Shown here: in pieces, positions 58,311 through 64,000 of the stretch | Layout: each line of letters begins with the position of its first letter | How positions within the stretch are numbered: position 1 is the first letter of the stretch | Source of the DNA: Candidatus Omnitrophota bacterium | Lineage (GTDB): Bacteria; Omnitrophota; Gorgyraeia; B26-G9 | Length of the DNA stretch: 64,000 bases | NCBI GenBank assembly: GCA_043814605.1 | Contig: JBDRJV010000002.1 | Coordinates: 26,374-90,373, forward strand | Direction: 5' to 3' | The notes under the pieces: generated by a model | Told to the model about the DNA's origin: nothing | The model's database searches: none | What the model saw: only the letters and a program-made list of their open reading frames with translations | Position numbers and translations under genes: made by a program

Positions 58311-58470
58311 CACACCGGAACACCGTTGGCGAGGCCTAACTTCGTTCGACGATTCGTGTTCGCTCTTGAGGCAATATTTGCTTTTTTAGCCTCAATCCGT
58401 GCCCGCTCACACTTCTCAACGTCCGGTTTTGAATAAATAAGCCATCAACTATCAGCTAGTTACTCTCTAC

Positions 58471-59562
58471 TCAAATTCGGGCTGTTCCTTTTTTATAAAA
58501 TGGTTTTTCTGTTATTTTTGCTTTAATTTCTATCTCTTTATCTTTTAATATAATTTCCGTTCCGGGTGTAATAAAATTTATATCTACATAGCCCATCCCA
58601 ATACCGCAAGTTAAGCTGGGCGAAAAAGACCCGCTTGTAACAACTCCAATTTTTTTATCCCCAAAAAAAATATCATAATTATGCCGGGGTGCACGCCTTG
58701 ATTCCGTAATAAAAAAAGTGAGTTTTTTAGTAATCCCCGCTGCTTTTTGCTTTGCTAAAGACTCTTTTCCGATAAAATCTTTACTAAAATCAAGCACTTT
58801 TTCAAATCCCGCTTCCAGCGGGGTTATGTTGATATCAATGTCTTGTGAATATAATGGATAGCCTGCTTCCAATCTTAAAGTATCTCGTGCTCCAAGCCCT
58901 GCTGGTTTAACCCTTTCATCTGACAAAAGAGTTTTCCACAATTCTGATATTTTATCATTACTGATATATAATTCATAGCCTAATTCACCTGTATATCCGG
59001 TGCGGCTAATGATTATATTTTCGTTTAATATATTAAAACGATCAAAATTATAATATTTTAAATTTTCAAATTTTTCTTTATCAATAAGCATCTTTAATAC
59101 TGCTTTTGCTTGCGGACCCTGCAAATCTAATTTTCCGGTTATTTGTGAAATATCTTTCCACTCAGTATTTTTACTTAAATTCTTTCTTAAATGTTCTTTA
59201 TCTGAATCTTTTGTTGCCGCATTAACAACCAACATGTATTCATTATCTTTAATCCGATAAACAAGTACATCATCAATAATCCCGCCAGCTTGATTTAACA
59301 TAAAACCGTATTTACAGCTTTTGACCGGCATCTTTTGCGTATTAACTGTAACTATCTTTTCAAATGAAAGATCATCCGCAGGTACTTGTACAATAAACTC
59401 ACCCATATGGCAAATATCAAAAATCGAACATTTTTTCCTCGTCCAATTATGCTCAGTAATAATTCCTTGGTATTGGATCGGCATCAGCCACCCGCCAAAA
59501 CCCGCCATGCGTGCTTTAAGCTGCTTATGCTCTTCTAATAACCTTGTTACTTTCTCTTTCAT
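58471..59562 (-). CDS. gcvT: Glycine cleavage system aminomethyltransferase.
   Basis: 363 aa GcvT homolog (…FGGWLMPIQY…DICHMGEF…). Confidence 0.9.
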   Translation of the reverse strand: MKEKVTRLLEEHKQLKARMAGFGGWLMPIQYQGIITEHNWTRKKCSIFDICHMGEFIVQVPADDLSFEKIVTVNTQKMPVKSCKYGFMLNQAGGIIDDVLVYRIKDNEYMLVVNAATKDSDKEHLRKNLSKNTEWKDISQITGKLDLQGPQAKAVLKMLIDKEKFENLKYYNFDRFNILNENIIISRTGYTGELGYELYISNDKISELWKTLLSDERVKPAGLGARDTLRLEAGYPLYSQDIDINITPLEAGFEKVLDFSKDFIGKESLAKQKAAGITKKLTFFITESRRAPRHNYDIFFGDKKIGVVTSGSFSPSLTCGIGMGYVDINFITPGTEIILKDKEIEIKAKITEKPFYKKGTARI

Positions 59563-59761
59563 TTTTTTATAATAATATCTAATAACTGCGCTTTATTTTT
59601 AAGATAGCTTCTTATATAATCGGACAAAATTATCCCGGCTTTTAACTGTGAGAACACCGCAAACTATTTATATATTATATCAAAATTCTCTGTTATACAA
59701 AACCATTTTTAACCTAATATTATCTTAAAAATTATCATAAATTTTAGAACCTTGAAAACAA

Positions 59762-60013
59762 TTATTTTCCCTGCTCAACATCAAAGGAAAGAACTTGAAT
59801 TATTGAACCCGGGAAAAAAGTAAGCTCAAGCGCAGCTCCTTCTAAAATCGTGCCTTGAGCTAAGACAGAAAAAGTTTCTTTGAATGATTCTTCACTAACT
59901 CCGGTAAGCATTCCCACCTTAATTCTCACTCGCGTTACAGCTACAGCTCCCTCTGCCTGAGCATGTTCAGATATCCCTTTTATAACCGGCTCAATCAAAT
60001 GCGTTTCATGCAT
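59762..60013 (-). CDS. HypA-like nickel-binding N-domain protein lacking the C-terminal zinc finger.
   Basis: MHETHL start (MHE nickel site) and about 80 aa of HypA-like sequence. There is no CxxC…CxxC, and no Cys codons occur downstream. Confidence 0.5.
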   Translation of the reverse strand: MHETHLIEPVIKGISEHAQAEGAVAVTRVRIKVGMLTGVSEESFKETFSVLAQGTILEGAALELTFFPGSIIQVLSFDVEQGK

Positions 60014-60486
60014 TATTTTTTTCTCCTGAGATTATTGGTTAATATTACAAATATTTCTTCTAATGTCTTTTTTACCTTGTCTGACATTTCTTCTCCTAAG
60101 CGGATATTTTCCGGCTGAACCCCGAGCATAAAAATATCCGCGTTTGTTTCCTTTTCTAGATATTCGATAAACATACTGGGTGAAATATCATGGGTCGTAA
60201 AACCGCTTTTGATTATATCGGATTTTCTTAAGATTGCATATGTCCCGGCTTCCGAATTTAGTTCCACAGCATCGACGATTAAAACAGTCTCCGGTTTTAA
60301 CTTGGCAATCTTTCCAATATAATTCTCCGGAGCAGTACCCGCATCAATGCATACTGCATCCAGTCTTCCCTGGATTAATTCAATTAAAGCCGGACCAAAT
60401 CCATCATCAGCACGCAGCAGATTGCCAATCCCAATAATAACGACTTTGCCTTTGAATTGAAATTTTAATCCCATCTGAGATTTCAT
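60013..60486 (-). CDS. Hydrogenase maturation endopeptidase (HycI/HyaD family).
   Basis: IGIGNLLRADDGFGP motif and a conserved Asp/His arrangement. Its start abuts the hypA-like stop. Confidence 0.75.
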   Translation of the reverse strand: MKSQMGLKFQFKGKVVIIGIGNLLRADDGFGPALIELIQGRLDAVCIDAGTAPENYIGKIAKLKPETVLIVDAVELNSEAGTYAILRKSDIIKSGFTTHDISPSMFIEYLEKETNADIFMLGVQPENIRLGEEMSDKVKKTLEEIFVILTNNLRRKK

Positions 60487-60809
60487 CTATTAAAACTATT
60501 TTATGTTAGAAAAAAAATGGTTCTTTCTTGTTTAGTGTGGTAAAAGAACCTGATTACACAAATTAAAACAAGATTACACATATTCATTCTCTGTCCTAAG
60601 TAATCGCTGTAACCTGTTTTTAATCGTTGTAATCATGGGTGATTCTTATTTCTATCTAACTGCTTCACTTTTATTACCTTACAGAAACTATTCCACTTTA
60701 AATAAGAATGACCCAAAAAAATTAATAAATTTTTAAAAAATTTCATAATTTTATTCAAATATACTGTAAATTTAAGTCCTGTAATCTAAACAAGAATGGC
60801 CTTATTTTC

Positions 60810-61421
60810 TCATTTTGTCGTCAAAGTAGTTTGTCTGCGGCAGCGGGCACAAAGTATTTTCACTCTATCCGACCGCCCCTGGTCCGCTAAGGCACTCATA
60901 ATATTCTCATCTACAATTCCCAGGCTTCTGAGGCGGGCAAGATACAATGTGGGGCTGGAAAAACTTAGTTCGCCTATTTTTTTGGTGATCCATTCTAAAT
61001 GATCTTTACACGCGATAATCGAACCACACATCTCGCAAAGCTGCAATTCTTTTTCTATAGTCTCAAATGATTTCTTCCTATCAAAAAAAGCCAGTTCCCA
61101 ATCGCGGGATAATTTAATTCCTTCATGCTCAGCAATACAAGCTGCTTCACATTCTCCGCAGAATATACACGTATCTGTATAATGAATCATTATTCTTTTT
61201 GGGGGTTGAACTTTTTCAGTTTCGTCTTTAAACCCCAGTGCTTCTGCCGGGCAAACCTGTACACAAGCTAAACATCCCACGCATTTCTCCTGATTATATT
61301 TCGGCTGTCCTCTAAAATTAGGATGCGGAATGTGCTCTTTTACCGGAAAATCAGACGTATACGGCCCTTTTATCAAGGCCTTAATTGCTTCAATTAATTC
61401 TCTAATCTTGGGTAACTTCAT
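60810..61421 (-). CDS. 2x[4Fe-4S] ferredoxin-domain protein with an extra C-terminal Cys pair.
   Basis: CVGCLACVQVCP and CIFCGECEAACIA cluster motifs, then CEMCGSIIAC…CARCRR. Confidence 0.65.
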   Translation of the reverse strand: MKLPKIRELIEAIKALIKGPYTSDFPVKEHIPHPNFRGQPKYNQEKCVGCLACVQVCPAEALGFKDETEKVQPPKRIMIHYTDTCIFCGECEAACIAEHEGIKLSRDWELAFFDRKKSFETIEKELQLCEMCGSIIACKDHLEWITKKIGELSFSSPTLYLARLRSLGIVDENIMSALADQGRSDRVKILCARCRRQTTLTTK

Positions 61422-61463
61422 TATAATTCTTTCTTTTAACTTTCTTTCCCTTTTATCTATTTA

Positions 61464-61802
61464 TTATGCTTCACCCTCTTTATCTTCCTTGTATCTATCA
61501 ACCACACTGCATGGGGCAAGCTTACTGCCAGTTCGATGCGCTCCTCTGGCAATAGCATGCGCTGCAACCGGTGAAGTTAAAATAAGAAATATTATGGCTA
61601 AAAGAGACTTTAACCCGGCAGCACTGAACCCCATAATCAGAAATACACCAAAAAGCATACTGCATGTGCCCAAGGTAACACATTTTGTCGCAGCCTGCAG
61701 ACGGTTATACACATCCGGAAGCCGTATTAACCCCAGACATCCAATACAATCAAAAGTAAGCCCAATCGCAATTAATCCTAATCCAATAGTATTATTCATC
61801 AA
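61464..61802 (-). CDS. mrpG: Mrp/Mnh-type cation:proton antiporter subunit G.
   Basis: Three-TM small subunit matching the MnhG consensus (…IRLPDVYNRLQAATK…TSPVAAHAIARGAHR). Confidence 0.7.
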   Translation of the reverse strand: MMNNTIGLGLIAIGLTFDCIGCLGLIRLPDVYNRLQAATKCVTLGTCSMLFGVFLIMGFSAAGLKSLLAIIFLILTSPVAAHAIARGAHRTGSKLAPCSVVDRYKEDKEGEA

Positions 61803-62178
61803 AATCTCTTCCTTCCAAATATTTAGAAAGCGCTAACGTGCTAATAAAACTTTGTAATGCCCAAGCAATCCCAATATCAATATACCATGACCTTCCTGTA
61901 GAAATAGTCAGCAAAGCACAAAGACCCACAATCATAATACCTAAAATATCTATTGCTACAATTCTATCTGCTCCGGTTGGGCCTTTATATATACGGAAAA
62001 GACATAAAAAGCAGGAAAGAACAATGATGTAGCAACCCCGGCCCAAGAAACCGATAAAAGGTAAATCCTGCTCAAAAATAAAGGTGAGAGGATAGCGAAC
62101 CATTAAGAACAAAATTACCGCAAGAATAACTGCCCCTATTTTCCACTTTAATATTCTAATCTTTTCTGTTTCTTTCAT
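61792..62178 (-). CDS. mrpF: Mrp/Mnh antiporter subunit F.
   Basis: GPTGADRIVAIDIL motif typical of MnhF. The start may be at an internal Met. Confidence 0.6.
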   Translation of the reverse strand: MKETEKIRILKWKIGAVILAVILFLMVRYPLTFIFEQDLPFIGFLGRGCYIIVLSCFLCLFRIYKGPTGADRIVAIDILGIMIVGLCALLTISTGRSWYIDIGIAWALQSFISTLALSKYLEGRDFDE

Positions 62179-62211
62179 ATTTCCTCAATAAATAAAATTA
62201 TCTTTTAATTT

Positions 62212-62709
62212 TTAATCGAAAATTTTTTCCAGTATTTTTTCAAACCGCGACACAATTGCCTTTGTGGCGTTTTTTGTATCAGTATCCGTTACGTTAATCC
62301 AGTGCACATATAAAATTCCGTTGTCTGCATCAATATCCACAGTCAATGTACCCGGGGTAAGCGTTATGGAATTAGCCAAAAATGTTAATGCCATATCTGA
62401 TTTTAAATTGGTTTTTACCTTAACTATCCCGGGATTTATCGGTAATTTAGGATGTAAAACCCGATAAGCTACATCAAAATTCGCTTTTATGCATTCCCAG
62501 ATAAATACCGGCAAATAATAGAATAGGAAATACCAGTAACGCAATGGCTGACGTAAACGATAAGGCCTCCTTATAAACAAATCTCCCGTTAAAGCTGCTA
62601 CTATTCCGGCAACAAAAACCCCCACAATAATATGCTCAAGATCCGGCAGCCAATTTAAGAACAACCAGACAAAAAATGCAACTAAGAATAATACCAGTTT
62701 ACTTTTCAT
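62212..62709 (-). CDS. mrpE: Mrp/Mnh antiporter subunit E.
   Basis: NSITLTPGTLTVD and LYVHW signatures. Confidence 0.7.
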   Translation of the reverse strand: MKSKLVLFLVAFFVWLFLNWLPDLEHIIVGVFVAGIVAALTGDLFIRRPYRLRQPLRYWYFLFYYLPVFIWECIKANFDVAYRVLHPKLPINPGIVKVKTNLKSDMALTFLANSITLTPGTLTVDIDADNGILYVHWINVTDTDTKNATKAIVSRFEKILEKIFD

Positions 62710-62712
62710 TGA

Positions 62713-64000
62713 TTACTGTATACCTTTCAAAATTAATTCCGCGTATTTTGCCCCTTGAAAAAGCATATCTGCCGCAGGCACTAAGAAAATTTGTTTAACC
62801 GCAGGCATAATTAAAATCCCGCTTACAGCACAAATAAGTGCTAACATGCACATGGAAAGCTGCATAAAAAACGGAACTTCTTTAATCCCTGCCCATTTTT
62901 TTCGTAAACTACCGTAAAAAGCATATTTCATAACTTTCATGAACGAAGCCAGGGTTAATATGCTTGCTAAAACCGCCCAGAATGCATAACCAAAACGTCC
63001 CGCCTCAACTGCGGCGATAATGATTATTAATTTACTCCAGAACCCGTTAAAAGGAGGTATCCCGGCAATAGACATCGCTGCGGTAAGACTGGTTGCGCCT
63101 GTAACCGGCATATTGGCAAAAAGTCCTCCCATTTTTTGTAAATTACGTGTACCTGTAGAATATTCAACTGCTCCGGAATTCAAAAACAGCAAAGATTTAA
63201 AAACAGAGTGATTGAAAAGGTGAAATAATCCTCCTAAAATACCTAGTGGTGTACCCAATCCAATCCCTAGGACAACATACCCTATCTGGCTAATCGAATG
63301 ATAAGCCAAAAGACGTTTAAAATCCCACTGACCAATTGCCAGGAAAACACCCACAATCATAGAAAGCGCTCCCAGAAACATTAAGACTGAAGATATGCTT
63401 TGATTTATTCCGAGCACATTATATAATATCCGGCATAATGCATATACACCGAGAGATTTTATTAAAACTCCAGAAAGCATTGCGGATATTGGAGCCGGTG
63501 CAGATGGATGCGCATCCGGCAGCCAGGCATGAAAAGGTACAAGTGCGGCTTTGAGCCCAAATCCCATAATAAACAGTACACTGACTAAAAGGGTAACTTT
63601 GTCTATTCCCTTTTGAGCAAGAACAACAGCCATATCTGCCATATTCAAGGTTGAAGTATAACTATATAAAAAAGCAATACCCAGAAGTATAAACAACGAT
63701 CCTATGGTTCCCATTATTGCATATTTGAACGCAGCTTCAAGTTCATGCCGTTCTGTCCCAAAAGCAACCAGAGCATAGCTGGCCACAGAAGCAATTTCTA
63801 AAAACACAAAAAGATTAAATAGATCACCTGTTACCACCACTCCGTTCATTCCCGCGACCATCAGCAGAAACAGTGTATAAAACTTCCACTTAGCAGTAAA
63901 CCGCTCCATATAATTTACTGAATAAAGGGTGACACAAAATGCAATCAAATTTACAGTAACAAGCATAAACGCAGTCAATCCATCCAGCACAAGGCCTATT
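62713..64000 (-). CDS. mrpD: Mrp subunit D / NuoN-NuoL-family proton-translocating membrane protein. The N-terminus probably lies beyond the window.
   Basis: Polytopic, with the conserved complex-I antiporter-like core (…WLPDAHPSAPAPISAMLSGVLIK…). The ORF continues to the window edge. Confidence 0.7.
   Translation of the reverse strand, partial: IGLVLDGLTAFMLVTVNLIAFCVTLYSVNYMERFTAKWKFYTLFLLMVAGMNGVVVTGDLFNLFVFLEIASVASYALVAFGTERHELEAAFKYAIMGTIGSLFILLGIAFLYSYTSTLNMADMAVVLAQKGIDKVTLLVSVLFIMGFGLKAALVPFHAWLPDAHPSAPAPISAMLSGVLIKSLGVYALCRILYNVLGINQSISSVLMFLGALSMIVGVFLAIGQWDFKRLLAYHSISQIGYVVLGIGLGTPLGILGGLFHLFNHSVFKSLLFLNSGAVEYSTGTRNLQKMGGLFANMPVTGATSLTAAMSIAGIPPFNGFWSKLIIIIAAVEAGRFGYAFWAVLASILTLASFMKVMKYAFYGSLRKKWAGIKEVPFFMQLSMCMLALICAVSGILIMPAVKQIFLVPAADMLFQGAKYAELILKGIQ

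Noticed and set aside
58300-58440. tRNA-like sequence (GTTCGA) in the GC-rich block next to repeat C.
   Set aside because: No GGTTCGAATCC T-arm, no acceptor/anticodon-arm geometry and no CCA-compatible 3' end. It does not fold as a cloverleaf.
59563-59761. Glycine riboswitch expected upstream of gcvT.
   Set aside because: Scanned on the gene strand. The conserved GGAGAG / CCGAAGG.GCAA blocks are absent and only a promoter-like TATAAT was found.
1-64000. CRISPR arrays, transposases, integrases or prophage genes.
   Set aside because: None found. The only tandem arrays are the 8-bp AATTTAAC minisatellites, which lack the spacer/repeat organisation. No protein shows DDE, tyrosine- or serine-recombinase motifs.

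Overview
This 64-kb window comes from a low-GC genome with tight operons, almost entirely on the minus strand; only gpmA is on the plus strand. It looks like an uncultivated anaerobic diderm: it has outer-membrane beta-barrel proteins, T2SS/T4P-type pilin and ATPase, desulforedoxin, superoxide reductase, radical-SAM enzymes and hydrogenase maturation genes.

Gene content left to right:
1. A complete Pho regulon: partial pstS paralog, phoU, pstB, pstA, pstC, pstS, a putative porin, phoR and phoB. Identical Pho boxes sit upstream of both pstS copies.
2. glgP, an unannotated 39-aa desulforedoxin, and a full GlgE alpha-glucan pathway (glgE, treS-mak fusion, glgB).
3. corA, then a thiol/metalloid cluster: ACR3, a CcdA-like membrane protein, two thioredoxin-like proteins, a DUF318 permease and a DUF134 regulator with a palindromic operator.
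4. A TPR protein, a MATE transporter and an orphan response regulator, bracketed by two direct copies of a GC-rich ~105-nt structured repeat. A third, inverted copy lies inside the gcv operon.
5. An unusual operon: a PilZ–SAM-methyltransferase fusion, a secreted protein with EF-hands, RED heptad repeats and a Gly-rich tail, a Cys-rich membrane protein, patatin and a PNPOx-like protein. It is preceded by a GC-rich putative structured leader.
6. msrAB, a superoxide reductase with a rubrerythrin-type rubredoxin N-domain, a GxxExxY protein, an outer-membrane protein and a PAS histidine kinase.
7. A radical-SAM protein, rlmB, an ATP-grasp protein, and a signalling/pilus cluster: CheY-like regulator, HExxH protein, a pilin with a poly-Glu tail, a GspE/PilB ATPase fused to a receiver domain, a REC-REC protein and a hybrid kinase.
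8. gpmA, then lipA, lplA-like, a four-helix-bundle protein and gcvPB-PA-H-T.
9. A HypA-like N-domain, a hydrogenase maturation protease, a 2x[4Fe-4S] ferredoxin and Mrp D–G subunits at the window edge.

Non-coding features:
- Two arrays of an 8-bp AATTTAAC tandem repeat.
- A recurrent CCCGC-N4-GCGGG hairpin directly 5' of ribosome-binding sites.
- A shared 24-nt motif at two distant sites.
- Several intrinsic terminators.

No tRNA or rRNA genes, CRISPR arrays, transposases or integrases were recognised.
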